47,145 nucleotides of DNA from Alistipes sp. GTDB taxonomy: Bacteria > Bacteroidota > Bacteroidia > Bacteroidales > Rikenellaceae. This document shows positions 28,645-38,371 of this stretch, in pieces (the first letter of the stretch is position 1; each line of letters starts with the position of its first letter). The notes beneath the pieces were generated by a model, which was not told where the DNA came from, searched no databases, and saw only the letters and a program-made list of their open reading frames with translations. The position numbers were made by a program, and so were the translations under genes. The stretch is from the NCBI GenBank assembly GCA_017559425.1, contig JAFYSI010000068.1:1-47145 (forward strand), read 5' to 3'.

Positions 28645-30534
28645 ATGAGAAGACTTTTTAATATATCAGCATTGGCACTCGCTCTTGTAGCAATGGTTGC
28701 TACATCGTGCCAGAAGGAGCCTGAGTTTGCAGGCCCTCCATCAGTAAAGATCGAGCTTAAGAGCCAGGAGATTGAGAGTGCAGTATTTAGCGTGACTGCA
28801 ACCAACGCTGCTGAGGTATACTTCTACTGCTCGGAGGACGGTAGCGTACCAAGCGACAGAGATATCGAGAAGAGGGGCGACCTTGTCAATGGCCAGGAGG
28901 TATATCTTTGGGATCTCACACCAGGCAAGGAGTACACAGCATACGTGCTCGCCATTGCGGGCAAGAGTAGTGCTCGCGACAGTGTTACGTTTACCGCCAT
29001 CAAAGAGAACGAGAAGCCAGAACCAGAAAAGCCATTCGAGGGTTATGAGCTCAACAAGATGGTGAGTGCCGTATATCGCAACGACAACTCAGCACTTGCA
29101 GGCAATTACGAGTTCACCTTTGGTAACACCACAGAGCTCGACTGGGATGGTGACATCCAGGTATTTATCGACTTCTACAACGTAGAGGACGAGGACCCTC
29201 TCAACCCAGTGCTTCCAAATGGCGTTTACGAGCCTAACAACGACTTCTCAGCGTTTAGCTACGACCCTACATCGTCGTATGTCGACATCGTGGCTGATGG
29301 CGAGCTTATCACATCGCCAATCCTCGGCACTGTGACCGTGGAGCGTACAGGTGCAACATACACTATCACCGTTGAGGGCGAGCTTATGCTCCTTGACAAC
29401 CTCGCATTCTCGGCACGCTACACTGGTTCAATCCAGTTTGTGCAGGGTGGCACATCGGCTTACGAGTTCTTCGAGGAGGATGTCACAATCGATATGGACG
29501 AGGCTCAGATGCGTTACTGGGGCAGCTGGTTCTTCCCATTCTGCGATGAGGTGGGTGTCGAGATGTTCGACGGTACATTCAACGAGTATGGCACACTGCA
29601 AAAGGGCTACTACCTCCACCTCAGCCGCGTATTTATGCCTAAGTACCACGACTACAACGAGGCAAGCGTACCTCTTGCTGCGGGCCACTACGACGTGGTC
29701 TACGAGGCACTTTCAGATCTCTACTGCCAGCCTTACTTCTTTGATGCAGGTCGCATTCAGGAGTACTTTGGCGACTCATACTTCACTGGTACATACTTGC
29801 AGTATGTCGAAAATGGCCAGATTAAGAAGGTTGGCCTTGTGACAATGGGTTCGTTTGACGTGGAGTACAACGGCAACACTCATAACATCACTATGAACTT
29901 CGTGGCTGACAACGGCGTGAAGATTACGCTTACATACTCTGGTAAGATCAACAGCGTGAACTACAACGACAACGACGAGACTATGCCTGAGCGTCCTTGG
30001 ACAACTCTTGACGGCGACCACGAGTACAACTTCCCAGCCGAGACCCAGGGCTATGCATTCTGCCTTGGCGAGTATATGAAGCCAGGATTTGACAACTGGA
30101 TGCTTATGATCTACGCTACAAATACTCAGTATCCTGACGGCTACGGCGATATGTTCACTACCGAGTTCGTTGTTGAGACTGGCGGCTCACGCTCATCGTT
30201 CCCAACAGGCACATACAACATCGCACTCAACGTTGCAGACCACACAATGTTTACTGGTGTTGTTACCTACGCAGGTACTATTAACTTCACTTGGTATGGC
30301 GACGTGACTCCAGACTTTGAGGGCTACTCATCGGAGACTGCTCCTATCGTTGAGGGTACAGTGACCGTGGAGGAGGCAGAGAATGACAACTACCACTTCG
30401 TATTCGACCTTACTGACGACGGTGGCAACAAGATCACTGGCGAGTGGACTGGCAAGGTGACAGCTGACGATATCAGCGACCAGATATCTGGCTCATCGCT
30501 CAACGCTCCAAAGCCTTTGGCACTTCGCAAGTAG
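28645..30534 (+). CDS. Acidic surface lipoprotein (FN3-like plus three repeated beta domains)
   Basis: Lipobox VATSC; LTPGKEYTAYV; LPNGVY, LAAGHY and FPTGTY motifs. Confidence 0.75.
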   Translation: MRRLFNISALALALVAMVATSCQKEPEFAGPPSVKIELKSQEIESAVFSVTATNAAEVYFYCSEDGSVPSDRDIEKRGDLVNGQEVYLWDLTPGKEYTAYVLAIAGKSSARDSVTFTAIKENEKPEPEKPFEGYELNKMVSAVYRNDNSALAGNYEFTFGNTTELDWDGDIQVFIDFYNVEDEDPLNPVLPNGVYEPNNDFSAFSYDPTSSYVDIVADGELITSPILGTVTVERTGATYTITVEGELMLLDNLAFSARYTGSIQFVQGGTSAYEFFEEDVTIDMDEAQMRYWGSWFFPFCDEVGVEMFDGTFNEYGTLQKGYYLHLSRVFMPKYHDYNEASVPLAAGHYDVVYEALSDLYCQPYFFDAGRIQEYFGDSYFTGTYLQYVENGQIKKVGLVTMGSFDVEYNGNTHNITMNFVADNGVKITLTYSGKINSVNYNDNDETMPERPWTTLDGDHEYNFPAETQGYAFCLGEYMKPGFDNWMLMIYATNTQYPDGYGDMFTTEFVVETGGSRSSFPTGTYNIALNVADHTMFTGVVTYAGTINFTWYGDVTPDFEGYSSETAPIVEGTVTVEEAENDNYHFVFDLTDDGGNKITGEWTGKVTADDISDQISGSSLNAPKPLALRK

Positions 30535-30550
30535 TCCACGGAGCATTAAG

Positions 30551-30586
30551 AAAATATGGGTTGTCCTCACGGGCAACCCATATTTT
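30551..30586. terminator. Bidirectional intrinsic terminator
   Basis: AAAATATGGGTTGTCC-tcac-GGGCAACCCATATTTT between convergent genes. Confidence 0.85.
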
Positions 30587-30605
30587 ATTCTTCTGTGCAG
30601 AGATT

Positions 30606-31256
30606 TTACTCTACGATGCCGAGGAGCTCCTCGAAGCTATCGATGACATAGTCGGCACCTGCGGCCTCAAGCTCCTCACGCGTGGCATTGCCATAACTGA
30701 CACCTACGCTACATAGGGAGGCGTTTCGTGCCATCGAGATGTCAACGGGCATATCGCCTACGACAATGGCCTCAGAGGGCTCAAAACCTAGCTTCTGGAG
30801 GGTATGGAGTACTGGCTCAGGGTGAGGCTTATGATTAGCGACACTATCCGAGCCGAGGACGAGGCTAAAGTGGTGCTCGATGCCCATACTACGAATAAAG
30901 AGTATGAGCGAGGGTGACGAACGTGACGAGGCGATGCTCATCACCACGCCAAGCTCTCGAAGGCGTTCCAACGTGGGTGCAACACCCGAAAAGAGCTGCG
31001 GTATAGACTCCTCGATGCTACGGTAGAAGATATCACGATAGTGCTTGACACAAGCCTCTGCATCATCGAGACTCATCTCGGGGTACATCACGCGGAAGCT
31101 ATCAAGGAGCGTGAGACCTATGGTCTGGGCACACTCCTCCTCAGTGCGTAGCTCAAGACCTCGATCACGCATAGTTCGCTGGAGCGTCACAACGATATTG
31201 TGTCGTGTGTCGGCCAACGTGCCATCGAAGTCGAAGATAACAATCTTTGGTTTCAT
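30606..31256 (-). CDS. HAD-superfamily hydrolase (phosphoglycolate phosphatase-like)
   Basis: IFDFDGTLADT, ASSR, KPHPEP, VGDMPVDI motifs I-IV. Confidence 0.9.
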   Translation of the reverse strand: MKPKIVIFDFDGTLADTRHNIVVTLQRTMRDRGLELRTEEECAQTIGLTLLDSFRVMYPEMSLDDAEACVKHYRDIFYRSIEESIPQLFSGVAPTLERLRELGVVMSIASSRSSPSLILFIRSMGIEHHFSLVLGSDSVANHKPHPEPVLHTLQKLGFEPSEAIVVGDMPVDISMARNASLCSVGVSYGNATREELEAAGADYVIDSFEELLGIVE

Positions 31257-31260
31257 AGTA

Positions 31261-31291
31261 CAAAGCTACAATAATTCGCCAAATAAACAAA
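31261..31291 (-). promoter_or_regulatory. HAD gene promoter ending 4 nt before the ATG
   Basis: Minus strand TTTG-N19-TAGCTTTG-tact-ATG. Confidence 0.65.
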
Positions 31292-31293
31292 AA

Positions 31294-31322
31294 TGGAGAC
31301 ATCCGTCATACAGATATCTCCA
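31294..31322 (-). terminator. Terminator of the DUF4493/PCMD operon
   Basis: Minus strand TGGAGATATC...GATGTCTCCA followed by TTTTTG. Confidence 0.7.
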
Positions 31323-31345
31323 CTCTTATAATAGTAATATCTCGC

Positions 31346-32944
31346 TTAGTAGACGAGCTCAAAGTCGTCGACAAGCATCAAGCTCTGTGTTGAGCCAGTA
31401 AAGTAGTCACCAAAGCGTGAGCCTGTGCAGATGATGATAATGTGTGTAGGAACCTCATCTGTTGAGCGGTAGTCGAGCGGAAGGGTGAACTCCACCCAGC
31501 CATCTGTCGACTCTGTAAGAATCATCTCGCCAACACCGATAACATCCTTACCTCGAGGGTTGAAGAATGTGCTCTCGATCTGCGTATTCACCACCACAGG
31601 GCAGTCATCACTACCGCCATACTCCGCGGCAGTCCAATTACCAACAGCGATAACAATCTGACCCTCGTCCGAGTCACCCTTCTTAAGCTCAGGGCGTGCC
31701 GAAGGGATCTTGCCCACCTCGTCGATAGTACCACAGTTGTACTTCACCCAACCGTGAAGAGCCACAGGACGTGCCGAGCAGGGACGACCGAAGTTAACAA
31801 GACCGTTAGTACCCTGAAGGCCTCCAAACTCACCAACGAAGATGTTACCAGCGGCAAACTTACCAAGACCCATAAGCGTAGCCTTCTTAGACTGGAGCGA
31901 AGCAGCATACTGACCCTCACTTCCAGGACGTACATCAGAGGTAGCCTCGGTGAGCGTAGTACCCGCAAGGGCAGCACCATCGTTACCAGTATTCCAGAAT
32001 GGGGCAGAATCGGCAAGGAATGGATAGACCACATTATTCGCTGTCGACCACTCCTCGAAGCCAGCATTAGGCAACACAAAGATGCTCTCGGTCTTTACAG
32101 TAACAACCTCCGTAAAGTGCTCGCCCGAGTAGGCAACAACCTCATAGTCGGTCTCGGTATCGAGGTTAGCAACGCAAGCAGTAAAGCTACCGCCATCGAC
32201 CTTGACATCCTCAACCTCTCGCCACTCATTAGCACCCGCCTCTCGGTACTTGAAGCCGAGCTCAGAGTCGGCACGACCATTGGCCGAGAGCCAGATACGC
32301 TTAGCCCACGCATCAACGGCAGTAAACTCAACCTCCACGTCGCGACGCTCGAGACGAAGCATCCAGTTCTCGGTGATGTCACCGTGGTAGCTAACGTCGA
32401 TATAGCGTGCCGTATCGTTGAAATTGGTGAGCTCACCAAGCTCAAGCGAGTAGGTGGTGATATCGCAAGGACCGAGCTTAAGGGCCGAGACAACGACATT
32501 CTCAAGGTCGAAATCCATAGGTACAAAGGCCGTAGCGATATGGTTCTCGGCATCGATTACCGACTCACCAATCTGACCATCCACCTTGAAGTAACGCTCA
32601 ATCTGCTGCGATGCCGATAGCGTCCACTCCCACTCCTGGTACATCTTCAATGTGAAGTAGAGTGGAGTGCGAAGGTCGAAGTAGGCGGGGAAGGTAACCG
32701 ACGAAGTAGCACCCTCGCTAAGCTCGACCTTAGTGACGTGCACACGACGAATATCGGTAGTCTCCTCGAGCTCGAGCTTCACACTCTTCGACGATGCGTC
32801 GATTGTAGCTGGCGACTTAAGGCCCTCAGCCTCGAAAGTCAAGATGTCGAGCTTTACAACTGGATAGGGGACATCGTTCTCAATGCAGCCCACTACAAAA
32901 AGTGTAGCAATGGCCACAAACAGATATCTAAAATACTTAATCAT
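31346..32944 (-). CDS. PCMD (putative carbohydrate metabolism domain) lipoprotein
   Basis: Lipobox FVVGC-IENDVPYP; LPNAGFEEW, FWNTGN, GKFAAGNIF, FGRP, C-terminal GDYFTGS..SLMLVDDFELVY. Confidence 0.82.
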   Translation of the reverse strand: MIKYFRYLFVAIATLFVVGCIENDVPYPVVKLDILTFEAEGLKSPATIDASSKSVKLELEETTDIRRVHVTKVELSEGATSSVTFPAYFDLRTPLYFTLKMYQEWEWTLSASQQIERYFKVDGQIGESVIDAENHIATAFVPMDFDLENVVVSALKLGPCDITTYSLELGELTNFNDTARYIDVSYHGDITENWMLRLERRDVEVEFTAVDAWAKRIWLSANGRADSELGFKYREAGANEWREVEDVKVDGGSFTACVANLDTETDYEVVAYSGEHFTEVVTVKTESIFVLPNAGFEEWSTANNVVYPFLADSAPFWNTGNDGAALAGTTLTEATSDVRPGSEGQYAASLQSKKATLMGLGKFAAGNIFVGEFGGLQGTNGLVNFGRPCSARPVALHGWVKYNCGTIDEVGKIPSARPELKKGDSDEGQIVIAVGNWTAAEYGGSDDCPVVVNTQIESTFFNPRGKDVIGVGEMILTESTDGWVEFTLPLDYRSTDEVPTHIIIICTGSRFGDYFTGSTQSLMLVDDFELVY

Positions 32945-32950
32945 AGCCTA

Positions 32951-33769
32951 TTACCTCTTTTTGTTCCACAAATGTGCCACCAGACCGATCTGAATGTCGG
33001 CAAGGTTGAGCTTAAACGACAATCCCGCACGGTCTCTGCGACCAAGCTCCTGACCAGCGATATCAAACTGGCGAATATTGTTGTAGTAGAGACCACCAAC
33101 GCCAACAGTCACCGTAAGACACACCTGGGGGAATACATAGACACCCAAACCTGGGTTGAAGTTAAGGCGTGCCGCGAAGTTGCGACTATCGCTGCGAGTG
33201 TCGCCACTCCACATAGTGGTAGAACCGCTCTTGAAGAGGAGCTCCGCCTCCATAATAACGCCCACAATACCACGACGATCCAGACCAATATAGTTGCGGT
33301 GGAACACCGACCACATAAAGTTCTCGTTGCGAAGGCTTACGTCCGAAATACCGATGTTATCCATATCGGCAATAAGGCCGAGGTTGACATCTGCATTGCC
33401 AAGATTGCCATCGATAAGCTCATAACCAAAGCGAATACCTGCAGCGAGGTTATCGCGATAGGAGTAGGCAAAGAATGGCTTTACAGTGGCCTGGCTAAGG
33501 CTGAGATTGATGTTGTCCAAGAGGAGCATAATGTCGGCATCCTGCGACGAGAGGCTACCGTACGAAGCGGTAAGACCAAGCATATACTCACCCTTATACA
33601 CGAACTTATTGCGGTCGATATTACGATCGATACGCTGACGTTGAGGGAGGAATCGTCCCTTCTGCTCCACGACAGAGTCCTGTGCTATAGACAGTGTCTC
33701 TGCAGCCTGAGCACCTACTGCTGTGAGCGACAACGCAGCAGCGAAGAGTAGAATAATATATTTTCTCAT
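32951..33769 (-). CDS. Outer-membrane beta-barrel protein
   Basis: Signal peptide, alternating amphipathic strands, paralogous to the neighbour (VYKGEYMLGLTASY vs VPKGQWILGGTASF). Confidence 0.72.
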   Translation of the reverse strand: MRKYIILLFAAALSLTAVGAQAAETLSIAQDSVVEQKGRFLPQRQRIDRNIDRNKFVYKGEYMLGLTASYGSLSSQDADIMLLLDNINLSLSQATVKPFFAYSYRDNLAAGIRFGYELIDGNLGNADVNLGLIADMDNIGISDVSLRNENFMWSVFHRNYIGLDRRGIVGVIMEAELLFKSGSTTMWSGDTRSDSRNFAARLNFNPGLGVYVFPQVCLTVTVGVGGLYYNNIRQFDIAGQELGRRDRAGLSFKLNLADIQIGLVAHLWNKKR

Positions 33770-33781
33770 AGTGCTGCGATT

Positions 33782-34591
33782 TTAGAGGTAGAACGACATA
33801 CCAAAGCCCACAGAGAGCAGGTTTAGCTTAAAGTTGGTATCAATCTGCTTGATCTCAGATTCGAAGATATTGTTCTTCGTCTGCTGCGTGCGGTCGAAGC
33901 CGACACCCAAGACACCAATAGATAGCTCAACAGCAACATCGTTAGTGACAAAGGCCACGATACCTGGCTGAAGGGCAACCTGTGCACCAAACTGGCGAGC
34001 ATAGGTGCCTCGATAGTTCTGATAGCCATCGATAACATTGCTTGCAGCAACGGCCTTTGACTGACCACCCGACAGGTTGAGCTGAACCTCAGCAAAGAAT
34101 GCAAAACGGTTGCTATGTCCCAGCGGGATATATGGTCGCCAGAAGAGCGAGCCTACATAGGTGTGCTTGAGCTGGTGGAACATATCGATCGTAAGCTCCG
34201 CACCCGACACCGAGAGGGCTGCGTTGTCGATAGCAAGCAGCGAACGCGAATAGCCAAAACGGAGACCTACAGCCATATTCTTCCACGCTGCATAGCCAAT
34301 CATAGGACTTACATTGACGGTATAACCCTTTGAGTTGATGCCGTTTATGAGCGTAAATTTATAGTTATCGTTGCGATGTGCCGAGAACGACGCAGTACCA
34401 CCAAGAATCCACTGACCCTTGGGCACGAAGCAGTCGTCAGAGACAAATCCTCGATGCTCACGAGCCTCAGCAGGCGTAAGCTCCAGGGACTGCGTATCCG
34501 CCGATACCTCTTGAGCCACCACGTCACTCTGCTGAGCAAAGAGGGGAAGCGACAAGGCAAGCAACAGAAGTGTTAAATAGATTTTCTTCAT
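33782..34591 (-). CDS. Outer-membrane beta-barrel protein
   Basis: Start moved to ATG 34591 (MKKIYLTLLLL signal); amphipathic strands; C-terminal SVGFGMSFYL beta-signal-like. Confidence 0.75.
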   Translation of the reverse strand: MKKIYLTLLLLALSLPLFAQQSDVVAQEVSADTQSLELTPAEAREHRGFVSDDCFVPKGQWILGGTASFSAHRNDNYKFTLINGINSKGYTVNVSPMIGYAAWKNMAVGLRFGYSRSLLAIDNAALSVSGAELTIDMFHQLKHTYVGSLFWRPYIPLGHSNRFAFFAEVQLNLSGGQSKAVAASNVIDGYQNYRGTYARQFGAQVALQPGIVAFVTNDVAVELSIGVLGVGFDRTQQTKNNIFESEIKQIDTNFKLNLLSVGFGMSFYL

Positions 34592-34605
34592 CAAAATAGA
34601 GTATT

Positions 34606-34639
34606 GAGATAGTGGTACTCCGAAGAGCCCCACTATCTC
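34606..34639 (-). terminator. Intra-operon hairpin between lipoprotein genes and barrel genes
   Basis: GAGATAGTGG...CCACTATCTC perfect 10-bp stem; no strong U-tract. Confidence 0.6.
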
Positions 34640-34648
34640 GCAAGTTTA

Positions 34649-36682
34649 CTAATAGTTTAGCACAATATCATCGACATACATCCACGACTCTGTAGAGCCG
34701 CAGAAGTAGTCACCATAGCCCGAAGGTGTGAACGATACCACAATCTTCTTAGGCTTCTGGTCCTTCATATCCTCGCGGTATGTGATGTTGATGGTCTCCT
34801 CAGTCCAATTAGCACGCGAGTCGCTACCAGTGATGTAGCCGTAGCCGATAACACCTGGTGTTGTTGCGAGCTTATCGAGCTTGATGAACGAGCTCTCATC
34901 CTTAGTGTTCACAGAGAAGGTAGTACCATCGGTGATGATAACCATCACGGTGTAGATATCGGTACCCGATGCGTGTGAACCCTGGTCGATAGTACCCTCA
35001 TTGTTCTTCATCCAGAACGATAGGCTCTTAGGCTTGGCGGTGTACTCAAAGTCACGACCGAACGTAACGATACCATCCATACCGCTGAGCATAAAGGTAC
35101 CTGTGAAGAGGTTACCCGCAGCAAACTTACCGATACCCATCAACGACGCAAACTGCGACTTGAGATGTGCAGAGTACTTACCTGCAGAGCCTGGACGAAC
35201 ATCTGTTGATGACTGAGTAAGTGTAGCACCTACCATATTACCACCCTCATTACCTGTGAGCCAGAAAGGAGTATCACCCTGGCCATATGGGAGCACCCAC
35301 GATGCTGTGTGCCAACGCTCCATATCGCCATTAGGCAACTCGGCACCTGCAGCAGTGGCGATAGAGAGGTTCTTACCCTTATCCTCGTTATCGACAACGA
35401 GCTTATAAGCATAGGTTGTCGCAGCAGAGAAGTTGTTGAACTCAGCAACATAGTTGCCATCATCGGTCAACACTGCATCAACTGTCTGCCACTCACCGCC
35501 ATTTGCACTATAAGCAACCTTAACGCTCGATGGGTTACCGAGTGCCACAGCCTTGAACGAAGCACGGCCAAACCAGAGGTCGTAGTCGGCAGCTGTCAAT
35601 GGCAACACGCCCTGAACCTTGTAGATGACGCTCTTCGACATCTTACCGCCATCGACATCCTCGATATGGAATGCGACAGCCTGCTCACCACCCGAAATCG
35701 TGGTGAAGAACGATGATGAGATAACAAGCGAGTAGGTCATATCGTCGCTCTTGGCAAGTGTAACACCCTCAGGAACAGAGTTCAAGAGGTTGTACTCCAC
35801 GCCATCGACTGTCATAGTCATAACGTTGATGGCTGCCAACGACGCGATGTTATACTTGCGAGACTCTGTAGAGAGCTGCACCTCGCCAACATCGAAACCA
35901 TCGCCCAAGATTGTTGGATCAGGGCTGAAGATCATAGTGTCGTCGTACTCCTCGATAGTCTCGTCGACAGTAGCCTCGAATACGAGGTTACCTGGAGCAT
36001 CCTTCGAGTACTTGAGCGTGATGGTGTACTTTGCCGCTGGCTTAACGTTCTCGATAAGGCCCTCCTTGACAATGTCGCCCTCTACGGGATGAGTACCCTC
36101 GAAGTGCCAGTAGAGCGATGTCTCGCCCTCAGGCATCATAACATAACCCTCGCGACTCTCAGCGAATGTCAAAGAGAGGATGTCGCCAGTAGCGATTAGA
36201 GAGGCATCGTACGAGTCGGCAATTGCAACAGTTGTGAAGTAGCCCTCAGAGAGCTTCTCAGCAACGGTAGCGTCGTAGTTAACAGCAACGATTGTTGACT
36301 GGAGCTTGCAGTCGACAGTGACGTGAGTCACAACGCCAGCCTCAACAGCAAAGTCTGTCTGGCCATAGTAGTACTTATCGTCGAACGAGACTGCCTGCTT
36401 CTTACCCACCTGCACCTTAGCAACGTAGTTACCCTCGAGGAGTGCGAGGTACTCTGGCACATCTGCAACAGCATCGTAGCGGCGGATGAGCTTCTCCTCG
36501 TCGGCCTCCACCTTATAGACCTTGATAACTACATCCTCTGACGCAGCATCGGCCTTGAGAGCAACACCGAGACGCATAGCACCCTCGCCAACGGCCATCT
36601 CAGCAGTCGAATCTATATCGTTTGAGCAAGATGCAAGAACGAGCATCGCACTCAACAGCATAATAAGCTTTTTCATAGTCAT
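34649..36682 (-). CDS. DUF4493-like plus PCMD lipoprotein (677 aa)
   Basis: Lipobox VLASC; LLEGNYVAKV...YYYGQTDFAVEAG..VTVDCKLQS (DUF4493-like); PCMD C-terminus GKFAAGNLF...GDYFCGS..SWMYVDDIVLNY. Confidence 0.78.
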   Translation of the reverse strand: MTMKKLIMLLSAMLVLASCSNDIDSTAEMAVGEGAMRLGVALKADAASEDVVIKVYKVEADEEKLIRRYDAVADVPEYLALLEGNYVAKVQVGKKQAVSFDDKYYYGQTDFAVEAGVVTHVTVDCKLQSTIVAVNYDATVAEKLSEGYFTTVAIADSYDASLIATGDILSLTFAESREGYVMMPEGETSLYWHFEGTHPVEGDIVKEGLIENVKPAAKYTITLKYSKDAPGNLVFEATVDETIEEYDDTMIFSPDPTILGDGFDVGEVQLSTESRKYNIASLAAINVMTMTVDGVEYNLLNSVPEGVTLAKSDDMTYSLVISSSFFTTISGGEQAVAFHIEDVDGGKMSKSVIYKVQGVLPLTAADYDLWFGRASFKAVALGNPSSVKVAYSANGGEWQTVDAVLTDDGNYVAEFNNFSAATTYAYKLVVDNEDKGKNLSIATAAGAELPNGDMERWHTASWVLPYGQGDTPFWLTGNEGGNMVGATLTQSSTDVRPGSAGKYSAHLKSQFASLMGIGKFAAGNLFTGTFMLSGMDGIVTFGRDFEYTAKPKSLSFWMKNNEGTIDQGSHASGTDIYTVMVIITDGTTFSVNTKDESSFIKLDKLATTPGVIGYGYITGSDSRANWTEETINITYREDMKDQKPKKIVVSFTPSGYGDYFCGSTESWMYVDDIVLNY

Positions 36683-36703
36683 AATCTCCTATATTTAATT
36701 ATG

Positions 36704-38356
36704 CTACTCGAAACGCATCATAACGGTCTTGGTAGTTGTGTTACCCTCCATATCGGTCACGGTCATCACGAAGTCGTGGTCGCCAGTACCGAGCATTGAG
36801 AGAATATCCAAGAAGTTAGTGATGTTGAGCTGGTCCTCTGAGATGAGTGTCTGGTTGTAGACATCGTCACCCACAGGGAAGCCAAGACCTGAGAGGGCTG
36901 TAAACATCTCAGTAGAAGTAACAAGGCTGAACTTGGCAGCAAGACCTACAGCCTCGAGCTCCTGAGCGTTGAGTGTCAACGATACAATCTCAATCTCGAA
37001 GTCCTTGATAGCCAAAGGTGCTGTAATGCGAATCATACAAGTATCCTCACCTACGGTGATTGTCTGACGCTTGTCGATGTCGTAGCCAACCCACTGAATC
37101 TGAGGCATAAGATTCTGACCATACTTAACAGTGAGGGTAGCTACTGTGCGAGCACCAAGCTCGTTGGTAACCTCAATCTGGTAAGAGTGTGTACCCTCGT
37201 ACATCTTGAGCAATGCTGCCTGAGCGGCAAACTTAAGACGGGTAGAGGTCTGGCCCTTAACATCGGTTGGGTAACCCATCATCTTGAGGATAGCAGCCGA
37301 GGATGCAGGAGCACACAAATCCTCCTCGAGAGACATAATCTCAGAGTATGCCTTCACGAAGTCAGCATTGTCCGACTCTGCCTTAACAACGAGCTGTGTG
37401 ATAGGGAGTGTTGAGGTGATATCGAGGTTGATGCTCGACTTGAAGTTACCCTCAGCATCGAACATCTCGTCGGTAAGCTCGAATGGAGCGTTGAGGTCGT
37501 GACCCTCCCAAACGATTACTGGAGCATCAGAGTCATCTGGAATAACCTCCTCGAACAACGACATAGAGCTATCGAAGTTTACCTCCTCGTCGTAGGTCCA
37601 AGTGTCGCAACCGATACCGATAGTGGCAGTACCATCAGCTGCGTGCTGAACAACGACGTTGATCTTACGCCACTGAGCAGCCTTAACACCCTTGATCTCG
37701 TTGGTCATTGTGATATCCTTAGTCTCGCCCACATAGCGGCAGTTGAAGGTGAGCTTCAAGGTGTTCTCCTGAGCGATAGGCTCGAAGAAGCCTGCACGCT
37801 CCTCGGTAAATGCGTACTCGAGAGAGCTTGTGCCGAGCTCAACGGTCATCTTGGTGTACTCTGGGTCGAGCTGGTCCTTGATATCGGCAGAGTAGGCTAC
37901 AGAGACCTTGATATTTGCGAGCTTACAGACAAAGTCCTTAACAGTGGTTGTCTGCTTGCGGGTGATGATAACCTCCTGCTCGGCAGAGTATACTGGAGAC
38001 TCCCAGCCAGCATTAGTCATATCAGCTGACGACATAGCAATGCGGTAGACACCCTGCTCCAAGGCGATAGGCTCCTCAGGAAGCTCGCCATACTTGAACG
38101 ACTTGACAGCGTCGCCCTTGGCATCGGTAATCACCACATCGAAGTTGTTGATATCGACACCCTCGGAGCGAGTTGTAGACTCGACATTCTCGGTATCCTC
38201 CATTACTGATGCCTGCATACCCTCGAACGAGAGGTAGCCGACACTATCCTTAGCTGCAGCGTTAGGGTCAACATAGTCGACCTTCTCGTGACCACAAGAG
38301 CCGAGGGCAAGGATTGTTGCCACTGCAAGGCTCATAAATTTTACTACTGATTTCAT
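36704..38356 (-). CDS. DUF4493-like lipoprotein (550 aa)
   Basis: Lipobox ALGSC, TTR/SE, LEQGVYRI..S...AGWESPVYSAEQ..I...CKLANIKVSV. Confidence 0.8.
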   Translation of the reverse strand: MKSVVKFMSLAVATILALGSCGHEKVDYVDPNAAAKDSVGYLSFEGMQASVMEDTENVESTTRSEGVDINNFDVVITDAKGDAVKSFKYGELPEEPIALEQGVYRIAMSSADMTNAGWESPVYSAEQEVIITRKQTTTVKDFVCKLANIKVSVAYSADIKDQLDPEYTKMTVELGTSSLEYAFTEERAGFFEPIAQENTLKLTFNCRYVGETKDITMTNEIKGVKAAQWRKINVVVQHAADGTATIGIGCDTWTYDEEVNFDSSMSLFEEVIPDDSDAPVIVWEGHDLNAPFELTDEMFDAEGNFKSSINLDITSTLPITQLVVKAESDNADFVKAYSEIMSLEEDLCAPASSAAILKMMGYPTDVKGQTSTRLKFAAQAALLKMYEGTHSYQIEVTNELGARTVATLTVKYGQNLMPQIQWVGYDIDKRQTITVGEDTCMIRITAPLAIKDFEIEIVSLTLNAQELEAVGLAAKFSLVTSTEMFTALSGLGFPVGDDVYNQTLISEDQLNITNFLDILSMLGTGDHDFVMTVTDMEGNTTTKTVMMRFE

Positions 38357-38371
38357 ATCTTTAGCTTCGTT

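Noticed and set aside
23225-30534. Polysaccharide utilisation locus around GH97
   Set aside because: No SusC/SusD pair or PUL-type regulator adjacent.
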